From an uncultured Gammaproteobacteria bacterium (lineage in GTDB: Bacteria > Pseudomonadota > Gammaproteobacteria > JACCXJ01), in NCBI GenBank assembly GCA_963764725.1, contig CAVXTM010000016.1:1-64000 (forward strand): a DNA stretch of 64,000 bases, in the 5' to 3' direction. A program made the translations under genes and the position numbers. Positions 9,083 to 20,796 of the stretch are shown here, in pieces (position 1 is the stretch's first letter; every line of letters begins with the position of its first letter). The notes under the pieces were generated by a model, which ran no database searches, was not told the origin of the DNA, and saw only the letters and a program-made list of their open reading frames with translations.

Positions 9083-10879
9083 ATGGAGCACGTGCGAAAC
9101 TTCTCGATCATTGCCCATATCGATCATGGTAAGTCCACCTTGGCCGATCGTTTTATCCAGTTGTGCGGCGGACTCAGTCAGCGCGAGATGGCCGAACAAG
9201 TGCTGGACTCGATGGACATCGAGCGCGAGCGCGGGATCACCATCAAGGCTCAGAGCGTAACCTTGGGCTTTCGCGCCGATGACGGCATTACCTACCAGCT
9301 TAATTTCATCGATACTCCGGGGCATGTTGACTTTAGCTACGAGGTATCGCGCTCGCTCGCCGCCTGCGAGGGGGCACTGTTGGTCGTCGATGCGGCGCAG
9401 GGTGTGGAAGCCCAGACCGTCGCTAACTGCCATACGGCTGCCGAGCACGGACTCGAGATTATCCCGGTTCTCAATAAAGTCGATTTACCCGCCGCCGATC
9501 CGGAACGTGTGCGCGCGGAGATCGAGGATATTATCGGTATCGATTCGAGCGAGGCGCTCGTGGTCAGCGCGAAGACGGGACAGGCTGTGGGCGATCTTCT
9601 GAACGCGATCGTAAAACGGGTGCCCAAGCCGCGCGGGAACCCGGAAGCGCCTTTGAAAGCCTTGATTATCGACTCCTGGTTCGACAATTACCTGGGGGTC
9701 GTGTCCTTGGTGCGCGTATTCGATGGCGTGATCGAAACCGGTGCTAAGGTTCGGGTCATGTCGGCGGGGCGCGAATACGAAATCACCGAGCTCGGTGTCT
9801 TCACACCTAAGCGCGTGGTATGCAAGACATTGCGCACGGGGGAGGTGGGTTTCGTCGTGGCCGGGATAAAAGAAATCGACGGCGCCCCGGTCGGGGATAC
9901 GTTTACCGGCGCAAGGCGGCCAGCCGCCGAGCCGCTCGCGGGCTTTAAGGAGATCAAACCCAACGTCTTCGCCGGCCTTTACCCCAGCGACTCAAACGAT
10001 TACGAAGCGTTTCGCGAAGCTTTGGCGAAACTGCGCTTGAACGACTCGGCGCTGCGTTATGAACCCGAGACCTCGCAAGCACTAGGATTTGGATTCCGGT
10101 GTGGATTTCTGGGCTTGTTGCATATGGAGATCGTCCAGGAGCGTTTGGAGCGAGAGTATAAACTCGCCCTCATTACTACCGCGCCCACGGTAGTCTATGA
10201 GGTAGCCACTACCTCGGGCGAGGTCCTACGCATCGAGAATCCGGCCAAGCTCCCGCCCCAGAACGAAATCGCCGAGATCCGGGAACCCATCATTCAAGTT
10301 GACATACTGGTGCCGCAGGCGCACCTCGGCAACGTGATTACGCTATGCGTGGATCGGCGCGGTTCGCAAACGAAACTCCACTACGGGCGGCGACAGGTCG
10401 CCGTGAGCTACGAGCTGCCAATGAGCGAGATGGTGCTCGATTTTTTCGATCGGCTGAAGTCCTTAACGCGCGGTTATGCGTCGTTGGACTATAGCTTTCT
10501 CCGGTTTCAACGGGCGTCACTGGTGAAGCTTGATATCTTGATCAATGGCGATCGGGTAGACGCCTTGTCCGCCATCGTTCACCAGAACCAAGCCCAACGG
10601 CGCGGCCGGGAGCTTGCCGAAAAGATGCGGGAATTGATCCCGCGCCAAATGTTTGAGGTCGTGATACAAGCGGCTATAGGGGCGCAAATCGTGGCACGGG
10701 AGACGGTAAAGCCGCTGCGAAAAAACGTTACTGCGAAATGTTACGGAGGCGATGTGACTCGAAAACGGAAACTTCTCGAAAAGCAAAAGGCCGGCAAGCG
10801 GCGCATGAAACAAGTAGGAACGGTCGAGATCCCACAGGAAGCCTTTATGGCCGTGCTGACCGTGGGTAAGGCGAAATGA
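9083..10879 (+). CDS. lepA: Elongation factor 4
   Basis: [37 protein letters not shown]. Confidence 0.99.
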   Translation: MEHVRNFSIIAHIDHGKSTLADRFIQLCGGLSQREMAEQVLDSMDIERERGITIKAQSVTLGFRADDGITYQLNFIDTPGHVDFSYEVSRSLAACEGALLVVDAAQGVEAQTVANCHTAAEHGLEIIPVLNKVDLPAADPERVRAEIEDIIGIDSSEALVVSAKTGQAVGDLLNAIVKRVPKPRGNPEAPLKALIIDSWFDNYLGVVSLVRVFDGVIETGAKVRVMSAGREYEITELGVFTPKRVVCKTLRTGEVGFVVAGIKEIDGAPVGDTFTGARRPAAEPLAGFKEIKPNVFAGLYPSDSNDYEAFREALAKLRLNDSALRYEPETSQALGFGFRCGFLGLLHMEIVQERLEREYKLALITTAPTVVYEVATTSGEVLRIENPAKLPPQNEIAEIREPIIQVDILVPQAHLGNVITLCVDRRGSQTKLHYGRRQVAVSYELPMSEMVLDFFDRLKSLTRGYASLDYSFLRFQRASLVKLDILINGDRVDALSAIVHQNQAQRRGRELAEKMRELIPRQMFEVVIQAAIGAQIVARETVKPLRKNVTAKCYGGDVTRKRKLLEKQKAGKRRMKQVGTVEIPQEAFMAVLTVGKAK

Positions 10880-11646
10880 ACGTAGATTTCGCGTTGGTCA
10901 TGGTAGTGTTGGTATTCATCAGCGGACTGGTCTGGCTAGCGGACACTGTGTTTTTCGCGCCACGCCGCGATCCGGCCGCCAAGCTCCCGCTAATGGTGGA
11001 CTATGCGCGCTCCTTGTTTCCGATTTTCCTCATCGTGCTGCTCCTGCGGTCGTTTCTGGTCGAGCCATTTCGCATTCCTTCGGGCTCCATGATGCCAACG
11101 CTCTTGATCGGAGATTATATTGTCGTCAACAAGTATGTTTATGGTCTTAGGCTCCCGGTTCTCAATACGAAGGTCATACGATTGGGCGCGCCCGAACGCG
11201 GTGATGTCGTCGTATTTCGATACCCGGAAGACCCCTCGACTCCGTTTATCAAACGCGTGATAGGTTTGCCTGGGGACCGCATTGCTTACCACGACAAGGC
11301 ATTGTGGATTAACGACGAACGGATTTCGCAAACGCGGTTGGGTCCGTATGAGGGCGTAGGCGCTGGTACCTCGATGACCGGGGCGGCTTTAATCGACGAA
11401 GATCTCTATGATGTCAAGCATGCTATTCTCGTCGAACCCGAGCGGCCATCATTGGAGACCGAGACGGTGGTGCCCGATGGCCATTATTTCGTGATGGGTG
11501 ACAATCGCGACAACAGCAAGGACAGCCGCTACTGGGGCACCGTACCCGATGATCACCTCATCGGGAAAGCATTTATGATCTGGATGAACTGGGACAGTCA
11601 GAACGGGGGGATTGATTGGCAGCGCCTAGGCCGTTCGATTCGTTAA
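10876..11646 (+). CDS. lepB: Signal peptidase I
   Basis: [43 protein letters not shown]. Confidence 0.98.
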   Translation: MNVDFALVMVVLVFISGLVWLADTVFFAPRRDPAAKLPLMVDYARSLFPIFLIVLLLRSFLVEPFRIPSGSMMPTLLIGDYIVVNKYVYGLRLPVLNTKVIRLGAPERGDVVVFRYPEDPSTPFIKRVIGLPGDRIAYHDKALWINDERISQTRLGPYEGVGAGTSMTGAALIDEDLYDVKHAILVEPERPSLETETVVPDGHYFVMGDNRDNSKDSRYWGTVPDDHLIGKAFMIWMNWDSQNGGIDWQRLGRSIR

Positions 11647-11675
11647 CGCACACTCATAGCACTAAGGAGTACGTC

Positions 11676-12086
11676 ATGAAGCATGACAACCTACCGGCAA
11701 AGCAGCGGGGACTCACCCTCTGGGGACTTTTGATGGGCGGCGCGCTCCTCGGATTCGCGGCCCTGACCCTTATGAAGCTGTTTCCGCTCTACAACCAAAG
11801 TTTCAAAGTGCGTGCCGCCATGCAAGCCGTGGCCGGTATGCCGGAAATCGGCCAAAAAGGCGTACAGGAGATCAGGAACTTAATCGAGCGTAACTTCGAG
11901 GTCTCCGATGTGGACACGATTACCGGAAGTGATCTCCAGAAATATTTGAAGGTCGTAGCTAACTCCGATGGCAAGGGCCGTCTCATGACCATGACCTATG
12001 AAGATCGCGGACCGCTCTTTGGTGATCTGGATGTCGTCTTGAAGTTCAACGAAAGCATCGCCATCCCAGGCATGGGTATCGAGTGA
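11676..12086 (+). CDS. DUF4845-family protein
   Basis: KQRGLTL N-terminus plus TM segment; conserved position between lepB and rnc; AAGGAG RBS before ATG 11676. Confidence 0.8.
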   Translation: MKHDNLPAKQRGLTLWGLLMGGALLGFAALTLMKLFPLYNQSFKVRAAMQAVAGMPEIGQKGVQEIRNLIERNFEVSDVDTITGSDLQKYLKVVANSDGKGRLMTMTYEDRGPLFGDLDVVLKFNESIAIPGMGIE

Positions 12087-12766
12087 CAGCGACTTCAGGG
12101 ATCAGCGAGGCGCTTGGGTATGGTTTTAAGACTAGAAGCTTATTAACGTCCGCTCTTACTCACAGCAGCGCGGGGGAAGAAAACAACGAACGGCTGGAAT
12201 TCCTCGGTGACGCCGTGCTCGATCTTGTAGTTGCGGAAGCGCTTTTCGAGCGTTTCCCGTACGCGCAAGAAGGTGAATTGAGCCGCTTGCGTTCGACACT
12301 CGTCAACCGGGAAACACTGGCCGTGGTGGCGCGTTACCTCGACCTGGCAGGCCATCTCACCTTGGGCCAAGGCGAAAAAAAAAGCGGCGGGATGCAGCGG
12401 GAATCGATACTCGCCAACGCGCTCGAAGCGATTATCGGCGCCATCTATCTCGATGGGGGACTGGCAGTCTGTCGCGAACGGGTGCTGGCGTGGTTCTCAT
12501 CGATGCTGGATCGGACCCTGCCGGAGGCGATCAGAAAGGATCCGAAAACGGAGCTTCAGGAAATACTGCAAGCACGCCGCCTTCCGCTTCCCACCTACGC
12601 GGTGGCCCGCGTTGCCGGTAAACCTCACAAGCAGCTTTTTACCGTCACCTGCCAGTGCGTACCGTTGCCCTCGCCGGTGTCGGCGCAGGGCTCGAGCCGC
12701 AGGCGCGCGGAGCAGGCGGCAGCGGAGCAAGCCCTGCGGCTACTGCGCGAGGCGAGTGATTCCTGA
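12083..12766 (+). CDS. rnc: Ribonuclease III
   Basis: NNERLEFLGDAVL signature; dsRBD KDPKTELQE. Confidence 0.98.
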   Translation: MTATSGISEALGYGFKTRSLLTSALTHSSAGEENNERLEFLGDAVLDLVVAEALFERFPYAQEGELSRLRSTLVNRETLAVVARYLDLAGHLTLGQGEKKSGGMQRESILANALEAIIGAIYLDGGLAVCRERVLAWFSSMLDRTLPEAIRKDPKTELQEILQARRLPLPTYAVARVAGKPHKQLFTVTCQCVPLPSPVSAQGSSRRRAEQAAAEQALRLLREASDS

Positions 12767-12772
12767 TCGCTA

Positions 12773-13675
12773 ATGATCCTTGCTAGCCCCGTGAGCCGCT
12801 GCGGGATGGTTGCCATCGTCGGGCGTCCCAACGTCGGCAAATCAACGTTTCTTAACCGAGTTATCGGACAGAAGCTCAGCATCACCTCGCGCAAACCTCA
12901 GACGACCCGTTATCAGATCCTCGGCATTAAGACAGAAGGTTTCCATCAGATCGTGTTCGTGGATACACCTGGACTGCATCACGGGCGGCACGGGGCGCTC
13001 GATCGCGCCTTAAATCGGGAGGCCATTAAGGCAATTGCACAGGTCGATATTATCCTATTCATGGTGGAGGCGTTGCGCTGGACGGAGGATGATCAGTACG
13101 TCTTGAACTGTATAAAGCCGGCCGCGTGTCCGGTCCTGGTTGCGGTTAATAAAGTCGACACCGTCGCGGATAAATCCAAACTCTTGCCTTACCTCAGCGA
13201 AGTCAGCGGATTCATGGATCTCGCCGAGATCGTTCCGCTGTCGAGCTCCACCGGTGACAACATCGTCGCATTGGAGGAGGCATTGAAGTCCAGGCTTCCC
13301 GAGGGGGCCGCACTATTTCCCGCGGGCGAACTGACCGATCGCGGCGAGCGGTTTTTCGCGGCCGAGCTGATCCGCGAGCAGTTGCTGCACAAGCTCGGAG
13401 CGGAGGTGCCGCACCGCTTGACCGTAATGATAGACGAGTTCGTCTCGAAACCGCACATAACATGTATCGATGCCACGATTTGGGTAGAGCGGCCGGGCCA
13501 AAAGCGAATCGTGATCGGCGCGCATGGGGCGGTGCTGAAAGCCGCGGGTCAACTTGCACGATTGGAGATGGAGCGCTTGTTCGGCAGCAGGGTTTTTCTG
13601 CGGACTTGGGTCAAGGTCAAGGAAAGGTGGTCCGATGATATTCGGGCGTTGGGCCAGCTAGGGTTTCACGCTTAA
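12773..13675 (+). CDS. era: GTPase Era
   Basis: GRPNVGKST, SITSRKPQTTR, DTPG, NKVD, KH domain. Confidence 0.98.
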   Translation: MILASPVSRCGMVAIVGRPNVGKSTFLNRVIGQKLSITSRKPQTTRYQILGIKTEGFHQIVFVDTPGLHHGRHGALDRALNREAIKAIAQVDIILFMVEALRWTEDDQYVLNCIKPAACPVLVAVNKVDTVADKSKLLPYLSEVSGFMDLAEIVPLSSSTGDNIVALEEALKSRLPEGAALFPAGELTDRGERFFAAELIREQLLHKLGAEVPHRLTVMIDEFVSKPHITCIDATIWVERPGQKRIVIGAHGAVLKAAGQLARLEMERLFGSRVFLRTWVKVKERWSDDIRALGQLGFHA

Positions 13676-13706
13676 GACGTGGCTTGTGTCTCGATAGGGG
13701 TGGCCG

Positions 13707-14402
13707 GTGCGTGTTGACCTGCACAGCGCGTTTGTCCTGCACCAGCGTTCGTATCGAGAGACGAGCTTACTTTTAGAAGTTTTCTCCTTGCGCTCAGGAA
13801 GGGTGGGATTGATCGCGAAGGGCGCAAACCGGCAGCGTTCGACGTTCCGCGGCGCTCTGCAATTCTTTAGGCCGCTACTTCTGGCCTGGGCAGGACGGGG
13901 GGAGCTGTCGACGCTCGTCGGAGCCGAGGTCGACGGACCCTTCTCTGCCTTGAGCGGCCGGGCGCTCTTAAGCGCTTTCTATCTCAATGAACTCTTGATG
14001 CGGGTATTGCATCGGGACGATCCGCATCCAGCGCTCTTCGCGGCCTATCGCCAAGCCTTGGAAAGCCTCGCGCAAGCCGGGAACGAGGAGCCGGCCTTGC
14101 GCTTGTTCGAGAAACGTCTGCTCGAAGACATCGGCTATGGCCTTAGTCTGAGCTTTGATGTGGATACCAATGCTCCCATTGAACCTGAACGCGATTATTA
14201 CTATCAAAGTGATAAAGGTCCCTGGCGCGATCCACCCGCGCACATCGACACCGTTAAGGTAAAGGGGCGCACCTTGATCGCCTTAGCCGCGGCGCTCCTC
14301 CATGAACCTGAAGCACTCAATGAGTCGAAACGGTTGATGCGATTTATCCTTGCTTCTCATATCGGCGCCCGGCCGTTGGCCAGCCGGCAGTTGTTCAGTT
14401 AG
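13707..14402 (+). CDS. recO: DNA repair protein RecO
   Basis: [31 protein letters not shown]. Confidence 0.96.
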   Translation: MRVDLHSAFVLHQRSYRETSLLLEVFSLRSGRVGLIAKGANRQRSTFRGALQFFRPLLLAWAGRGELSTLVGAEVDGPFSALSGRALLSAFYLNELLMRVLHRDDPHPALFAAYRQALESLAQAGNEEPALRLFEKRLLEDIGYGLSLSFDVDTNAPIEPERDYYYQSDKGPWRDPPAHIDTVKVKGRTLIALAAALLHEPEALNESKRLMRFILASHIGARPLASRQLFS

Positions 14403-14415
14403 AGCGTCCAGGTCA

Positions 14416-15156
14416 ATGGTTACACGAGGACCAATTCTGCTTGGAGTCAACATCGACCATGTGGCGACGTTAAGGCAAGCACGGGGAACCCAGTACCCCG
14501 ATCCCGTTCAAGCCGCCATGGAAGCGCAGCACGCCGGAGCGGACGCCATCACGATCCATTTGCGTGAGGACCGGCGCCATATACAGGAGCGCGATGTGGA
14601 ACTGCTCGCCGCCGTGCTTCAAGTGCGCATGAACCTCGAAATGGCAGTGACCGATGCTATGCTCGCGTTGGCCGAGCGGATCCGACCGGCGGACTGTTGT
14701 TTTGTGCCCGAAAGACGACAGGAATTGACCACCGAAGGGGGGTTGGATGTCGCGGCACAACTCGACGCGATTTCAGGGGCATGCAAACGTATCGAGCGTG
14801 TGGGCGCTCGCGCGTCGCTGTTTGTCGACCCAGATCCGCGCCAAATCGAAGCCGCCCGCGAGGCGGGCGCGACGGTCATCGAAATCCACACCGGACGCTA
14901 TGCGGACGCGGCGGATCCAGGCGCGCGAGAGCGCGAGCTACAGCGTATTGTTGCGGCGGGTCGGATGGCCGCAAGTCAGGGGTTGCGAGTCCATGCCGGA
15001 CACGGGCTCAACTATCAGAATGTTGACCCAATTGCGGCCATAGCCGAGGTAGAGGAGCTCAATATTGGGCACGCGATCGTCGCGCGCGCGGTGTTCAGCG
15101 GTCTCGCGGAGGCGGTGCGCGAGATGAAAAGGCTGATGCTGGAAGCACGGCGATGA
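14416..15156 (+). CDS. pdxJ: Pyridoxine 5'-phosphate synthase
   Basis: [37 protein letters not shown]. Confidence 0.98.
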   Translation: MVTRGPILLGVNIDHVATLRQARGTQYPDPVQAAMEAQHAGADAITIHLREDRRHIQERDVELLAAVLQVRMNLEMAVTDAMLALAERIRPADCCFVPERRQELTTEGGLDVAAQLDAISGACKRIERVGARASLFVDPDPRQIEAAREAGATVIEIHTGRYADAADPGARERELQRIVAAGRMAASQGLRVHAGHGLNYQNVDPIAAIAEVEELNIGHAIVARAVFSGLAEAVREMKRLMLEARR

Positions 15157-15422
15157 TCCGTGGGATCAGCGTGGACATCGTCAGGGTCGAGCGCATGCGC
15201 GCAGGCTTACAGCGTCTCGGACACCGGTTTTCACGCCGGGTCCTCACCCCTCAAGAGCACGCGATTTGCCGTGGCCTGCGTGGTTTTGAAGATCCGGAAC
15301 ACCGGCGGCCGGTGATTAAGAAACTCCTGAAACAGCCCCGACGGCATGCACGCTACTCGCAAGGAACGGTTTCGCATAATCCTTGGCGCTCGGCTCGCGA
15401 TGCGAGCGATCCCTTAGCTTAA
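15153..15422 (+). pseudogene. acpS: Truncated holo-ACP synthase
   Basis: First ~39 aa ([15 protein letters not shown]...RFSRRVLTPQE) match the AcpS N-terminus in the canonical position after pdxJ; the RFAAKEA motif is missing. Confidence 0.8.
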
Positions 15423-17705
15423 CTCTTCCGGGATTGACGGCGGGTTAGTTACGACGGCCCGGTCTTCTCGGCGAGCATAACCCTCGGGTTCGGGAGCGCC
15501 GGCCGGAAAACTTTGCGGTGAGCTTGTGTCTAATCCGGCCGGACGCTCAGGCAACGGACCCATCGTCTCCTCGGGATCGCTCGGGCGCTTGCCGTCCTCG
15601 TTCGGGGTCGAGACGCGTTGGCCATCGGCCGGTCCACCGAACCCTGAGCCCGTTCCCCGAGAGGAACGGCGCCCGCCACGGCGGCCGGAGCGAGAGCGGC
15701 CCCGTTGCCGCTGCGAGATATGCCGCTCGCCGGCGACCGCGCTGGGGGTTTCGTTTCCTACCACAGATACCGGCGCATCACCAGACGCTTCGGAAGCCGC
15801 CGCGGAAGGAGCTTCAAGGGCGGCTGGGTCTGGCGCACGCGCCGGTGATCGCTGCTGCCGGCCGCGGCCGCCTCGGGACGATCGCCCGCCGCGCCGACGC
15901 GGTGGACGGTCACCATCCATAGCGGGGCGTTGCTGTAGCGGTGGTGTGACTTGTTCCGGTGCTCCGATCTCTTCCGCACCGGGTTGGACCGACTGAGGTT
16001 CCTCTTTCTCGTCACCGAACAAAGTCGATATAAACCTGCGGATGAATCCCGCATGCGACGGTGTGGTTGGCAGCAGAGGTTGTTCACTGCGGATCTGGGG
16101 TGCTGGTATATCTCTCAAAACCTCCTTGACAGCAGGTTCTTCTTGCCGCCGTTTATCTCTGGTTCCCATGTCCCCCGCGTCCACTGCCCGCACGGGTATG
16201 AGGCGATAGCTAGGATCGGCCGCGCCGTGAAGATCATGCTGGCGGATGCGCTTAAGCTCGTAGTGAGGTGTTTCGAGCATGGGATTCGGAATAACAATCA
16301 CGCGAATCTGTTGCCGAGTTTCAATACCGCTAATCTCCTGGCGTTTCTCATTGACCAGAAAGGTCGCGACCTCCACCGGCAAATGCACCACGATTTTGGC
16401 GGTCGATTCCTTCATCGCCTCTTCTTCCATTACGCGCAATACTGAAAGCGCGAGCGATTCGACACCGCGAATGGTGCCCAAACCGCTGCACCGCGGACAC
16501 ACGATATGGCTAAACTCATCAAGGGAAGGCCTAAGGCGTTGCCGCGACATCTCAAGGAGCCCGAATCTCGAAATGCGGCCTAACTGCACGCGAGCCCGAT
16601 CCATCTTAAGAGCGTCCTGTAGGCGATTTTCGACCTGGCGCTGGTTCTTTTGATTCTCCATATCGATAAAATCAATCACGATCAAGCCCCCGAGATCACG
16701 CAACCGAAGTTGGCGCGCGACTTCTTCGGCTGCCTCCACGTTCGTATTGAACGCGGTCTCTTCGATATCGCCGCCTCGCGTAGCACGGGCCGAATTGATA
16801 TCGATCGTGATCAAAGCCTCGGTGGGTTCGATGACTAGCGAACCGCCCGAAGGAAGCTCGATCTTGCGGGCAAACGCAGATTCAATCTGGCTTTCGATCT
16901 GATAGCGAGTGAAAAGCGGGACACCATCTTGATATAGCTTGAGTTTGTTGAGGTTTTGCGGCATCACCTGCTGCATGAAATCCCGGGCTTTTTCGCATAG
17001 GCCCGGGTCGTCGATGAGAATCTCGGCGATGTCATTACGCAGGTAATCGCGGATCGCGCGGATTATTACGTCCCGATCCTGATAAATCAGAAAGGGCGCC
17101 GGACGGTCTTTCGATGCCTCCTCGATCGCGCTCCACAAGTGCAGCAGATAGTCGAGGTCCCACTGCAACTCCTCGACCGCTTTGCCCATACCGGCGGTGC
17201 GGAGGATAAGTCCCATGCTTTCGGGGATATTGAGACCACTCATGGCGTCTCGCGCCTCCTCGCGTTCCAGGCCTTCGATCTGCCGCGAGACACCTCCAGC
17301 GCGCGGGTTATTGGGCATCAATACGAGATAGCGTCCGGGAATACTAATGAAGGTGCTCAGCGAAGCGCCTTTGGTGCCGCGCTCGTCTTTCTCTACCTGT
17401 ACGGTGAGTTCTTGCCCCTCCCTAAGCACCTCCCGGATATTGACACGCGTTCCGCCGCGCGGCGATTCGACAAATAAGGACCGTGTGACCTCCTTCAGCG
17501 GCAAGAATCCATGCCGTCCGGCGCCATAATCGACGAAGGCCGCTTCGAGGCTCGGTTCGATGCGTATGACCTTCCCCTTATAAATATTCGATTTTCTTTG
17601 CTCGCGACCGGTGGCCTCAATATCAAGGTCGTAAAGGCGTTGTCCGTCGACAAGGGCGACACGCAACTCCTCCGATTGAGTTGCGTTGATAAGCATTCTT
17701 TTCAT
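15414..17705 (-). CDS. rne: Ribonuclease E
   Basis: [37 protein letters not shown] Zn-link, Arg-rich disordered C-terminus. Confidence 0.98.
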   Translation of the reverse strand: MKRMLINATQSEELRVALVDGQRLYDLDIEATGREQRKSNIYKGKVIRIEPSLEAAFVDYGAGRHGFLPLKEVTRSLFVESPRGGTRVNIREVLREGQELTVQVEKDERGTKGASLSTFISIPGRYLVLMPNNPRAGGVSRQIEGLEREEARDAMSGLNIPESMGLILRTAGMGKAVEELQWDLDYLLHLWSAIEEASKDRPAPFLIYQDRDVIIRAIRDYLRNDIAEILIDDPGLCEKARDFMQQVMPQNLNKLKLYQDGVPLFTRYQIESQIESAFARKIELPSGGSLVIEPTEALITIDINSARATRGGDIEETAFNTNVEAAEEVARQLRLRDLGGLIVIDFIDMENQKNQRQVENRLQDALKMDRARVQLGRISRFGLLEMSRQRLRPSLDEFSHIVCPRCSGLGTIRGVESLALSVLRVMEEEAMKESTAKIVVHLPVEVATFLVNEKRQEISGIETRQQIRVIVIPNPMLETPHYELKRIRQHDLHGAADPSYRLIPVRAVDAGDMGTRDKRRQEEPAVKEVLRDIPAPQIRSEQPLLPTTPSHAGFIRRFISTLFGDEKEEPQSVQPGAEEIGAPEQVTPPLQQRPAMDGDRPPRRRGGRSSRGGRGRQQRSPARAPDPAALEAPSAAASEASGDAPVSVVGNETPSAVAGERHISQRQRGRSRSGRRGGRRSSRGTGSGFGGPADGQRVSTPNEDGKRPSDPEETMGPLPERPAGLDTSSPQSFPAGAPEPEGYARREDRAVVTNPPSIPEELS

Positions 17706-18105
17706 GTCTTCTGCATATTCCTGTCAGGCGCCTTCGTAATGGACGGGAGGCGCCCCGGTAAAAATTCACTATTTCCATAGCCGGTATGAGTGACATTTCT
17801 GGGTATCACGAGGTGATTGACGGCGGCCGACAGTCGCTATGCTCTGGTAATTATCTTAGGGTTCAGAAGGGGCTAAGCCTCGCTTCGAGGCTCGTAACGC
17901 CGGACGAAGCCGTAATGTAGCACGTACCCCGCCATCGCGATTAAGCAAGGGGGATAATCCACGCTCGCTATGAAGCAGGCCGCTCACTCGCCACTGCACC
18001 GTTGCGTTGTTTATTACGCGATAGGCTACGAATTCCTGGTAAGCTCGATAGCGCATTTGCGACTCCGATATACTTACCGCAAGCTAATATAGCAACGATA
18101 CAGCA

Positions 18106-19155
18106 ATGCGGCAATCGGGCACTAATTTCAACCAGCATGGGACTAGAGCTAGGGATGGGACGCACTTGGTACACGTTCCAGCACGCCAAATTATTGTTGA
18201 TTTAGAGCATGACGGGCGTCGCATCGACAATTTTTTGGCCTGGACGCTCAAGGGGATCCCTCGGGACCGGATCTACCGGATGCTGAGAAACGGCGAAGTG
18301 CGTGTGAACGGTGGCCGTATTCGGCAAGACTATCGCTTAACAACCGGCGAGGTACTGCGTCTGCCACCCGTGCGCATGACCCCGAACGAGGCCATGACTG
18401 CTCCCGAAAGTTTACGGGCGGCGGTACGCGATAGCGTGCTTTATGAGGATCAGGAGCTTCTCGTCCTGAACAAACCAGCGCGGATCGCGGTCCATGGAGG
18501 AGTGGGGATCCGCAACGGGCTGATCGAGGTTTTGCGCGATCTTAGGCCCGATGCGCCCTACATAGAGCTCGTGCATCGGCTCGATCGCGGCACTTCGGGG
18601 TGTCTGATGATCGCGAAACGGCCGCGATTTCTGCGGGCGATGCACGGCCTTATTCGGTTGGGCGCTGTTGCGAAGACTTACCTTGGTCTCATCAGTGGTC
18701 ATTGGCCGGTTAGCGCAGGTACGATTAAAACCGGCCTAAAGAAAAACGGGGTACGTTCGTCGGAGCGCATGGTGTGCGTGGCCGACGATGGCAAGTTTGC
18801 CGAGACACACATCGAGCCGATCGAGCGATTCGAAAACGCGACCTTGGTGCGGGTGCAACTTAAGACCGGTAGAACGCATCAAATCCGGGTCCACACCGCC
18901 TATGTCGGTCATCCGCTAGCCGGCGATGACAAATATGGCGATAAGGCATTCAACCGAGCGATGCGACATTACGGTTTACGGGACTTGTTTTTGCATTCTT
19001 ACCGTATCGAGTTTGTGGCGCCGAACTCCAATGAGCAAATATCAGTGCAAGCGCCGCTACCGGCAGGATTGCTGTCGGTTCTGGAGTCATTGCGGCGCGA
19101 CCGGAGTCACGCGGTGAGCGGCGAGTTCGCCGCGCGTCACCGGGGATTGCTTTAG
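18106..19155 (+). CDS. rluC: 23S rRNA pseudouridine synthase RluC
   Basis: S4 domain, LVHRLDRGTSG, TGRTHQIRVH; divergent from rne. Start codon uncertain. Confidence 0.92.
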   Translation: MRQSGTNFNQHGTRARDGTHLVHVPARQIIVDLEHDGRRIDNFLAWTLKGIPRDRIYRMLRNGEVRVNGGRIRQDYRLTTGEVLRLPPVRMTPNEAMTAPESLRAAVRDSVLYEDQELLVLNKPARIAVHGGVGIRNGLIEVLRDLRPDAPYIELVHRLDRGTSGCLMIAKRPRFLRAMHGLIRLGAVAKTYLGLISGHWPVSAGTIKTGLKKNGVRSSERMVCVADDGKFAETHIEPIERFENATLVRVQLKTGRTHQIRVHTAYVGHPLAGDDKYGDKAFNRAMRHYGLRDLFLHSYRIEFVAPNSNEQISVQAPLPAGLLSVLESLRRDRSHAVSGEFAARHRGLL

Positions 19156-19183
19156 CCATCTAATTTACGATAGGTTAGTGAAA

Positions 19184-20134
19184 ATGGATCAGACTGAGGG
19201 TAAAGAACCGGTTGGGAATTGGGAGCACGCGCTCATCCGCGATCTCGCGTTAGCGGCGATCACGGAGCAGCGGCGCGCGCGTCGGTGGAGTATCTTGTTC
19301 AGGTCGGTCGCGGTTATTTACGTACTGGTCTTGTCGGCGTTTTACTTTTCAAGCCAATGGGAAGAAGGTTCCCTGTCCGGCGAGGTGCACACCGCCTTGG
19401 TGGACGTTGACGGAGTCATCGGATCGGACCCGCAGGCCAGCGCGGACAGTGTGATTACTGGCCTGCGCGCTGCCTTTAAGAGCGATAAGACCAAAGCCGT
19501 CATCATGCGTATCAATAGTCCGGGCGGCAGTGCCGTGCACGCGGGTTATATCAACGATGAGATGTTTCGTTTGCGAGCGCTGCATCCGAACATTCCGGTG
19601 TACGCGGTAATCACGGATATCTGCGCCTCGGGTGGCTATTACATTGCCGTGGCGGCAAATAAAATCTATGCCGACAAGGCGAGCTTGGTAGGATCGATCG
19701 GGGTAGCGATGGACGGTTTTGGGTTTGTCGGTACCTTAGAGCGTCTCGGCATTGAGCGCCGGTTACATACGGCCGGCACGCACAAGGGATTTCTCGATCC
19801 ATTCTTACCCGCTAACCCCGAGGATTCCAAACATCTTCAGGTCGTATTGGATCGGGTCCATCAGCAGTTTATCGATATCGTAAGAAAAGGCCGCGGCGAC
19901 CGTTTGAAATCTGATCCCGCGCTGTTCACGGGGCTCGTGTGGAGCGGTGAGCAAAGCCTCAATCTGGGGCTCATTGACGCCTTGGGCAGTAGCGGTTTCG
20001 TGGCGCGCGAGGTCATCGGAGCTGAGAATATCGTCGATTTTACTCATCGCGAGCATTACTTTGACCGTTGGGCCAAGCAATTGGGTGCGACGGCGGCGAA
20101 AGTGTTCATGAACCCGATTCCGGCGCTGCGGTAG
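19184..20134 (+). CDS. S49 family peptidase (SppA-like)
   Basis: RINSPGGS, CASGGYYIA, SLVGSIGV. Confidence 0.92.
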   Translation: MDQTEGKEPVGNWEHALIRDLALAAITEQRRARRWSILFRSVAVIYVLVLSAFYFSSQWEEGSLSGEVHTALVDVDGVIGSDPQASADSVITGLRAAFKSDKTKAVIMRINSPGGSAVHAGYINDEMFRLRALHPNIPVYAVITDICASGGYYIAVAANKIYADKASLVGSIGVAMDGFGFVGTLERLGIERRLHTAGTHKGFLDPFLPANPEDSKHLQVVLDRVHQQFIDIVRKGRGDRLKSDPALFTGLVWSGEQSLNLGLIDALGSSGFVAREVIGAENIVDFTHREHYFDRWAKQLGATAAKVFMNPIPALR

Positions 20135-20771
20135 GAGCCCATAGACCCTGACCACCCTCGGGCGCGAGGACATCGATTCCCTCGTTACGTAGCATGCCGA
20201 CCAGATGAATAAGCGGTAGGCCAATGAGCGCGGTCGGGTCCTCGCCTTCCATCTTTTCTACCAATGCGATGCCGAGGCCTTCCGATTTGAAACTGCCGGT
20301 GCACCCGAAAGGTTGTTCCGCCGAGAGATAGCATCGTATCTGCTCCTCGTGCATGATGCGGAAATACACATCAAAGGGGATGCACGCGAGTTGCATACGC
20401 CGGGTTTCAGTGTTTAATAAAGCCAATCCCGTCAAGAAATGCACACAGCGTCCGCTCAGCGCTATAAGCTGCTCGCACGCTGCCGCAAAATCGCCCGGTT
20501 TCCCTAGCAAACGGCCACCGCAGATGGCGATCTGATCGGACCCGATAATCAGTGCCTTGGTATAATGCGGTAGGACTGCTTCCGCTTTTGCCCTCGCAAG
20601 CCGTAACGCCAGATTGCTAGCATCCTCGCCCGGCGCCGGGGATTCATCCACATCGGGGACGCGGACGAAAAAGGGCAAGCCGAGGCGCTGCAGCAAAGCC
20701 TTCCGCTGAGGGGACGACGATGCTAAGACCAAGGACCGAGGATGAGTTTCTGTCACATTAGAATCAAGCAT
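20106..20771 (-). CDS. Maf family nucleotide pyrophosphatase (YceF-like)
   Basis: LVLASSSPQRKALL, IIGSDQ, LGKP, GSFKSEGLG. Confidence 0.92.
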   Translation of the reverse strand: MLDSNVTETHPRSLVLASSSPQRKALLQRLGLPFFVRVPDVDESPAPGEDASNLALRLARAKAEAVLPHYTKALIIGSDQIAICGGRLLGKPGDFAAACEQLIALSGRCVHFLTGLALLNTETRRMQLACIPFDVYFRIMHEEQIRCYLSAEQPFGCTGSFKSEGLGIALVEKMEGEDPTALIGLPLIHLVGMLRNEGIDVLAPEGGQGLWAPTAAPESGS

Positions 20772-20796
20772 CGGTGCTAGTATCCGGAGCGACCGG

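Noticed and set aside
17706-18105. Novel ncRNA between rne and rluC
   Set aside because: Explained by the known long rne 5' leader and divergent promoters; no independent RNA signature seen.
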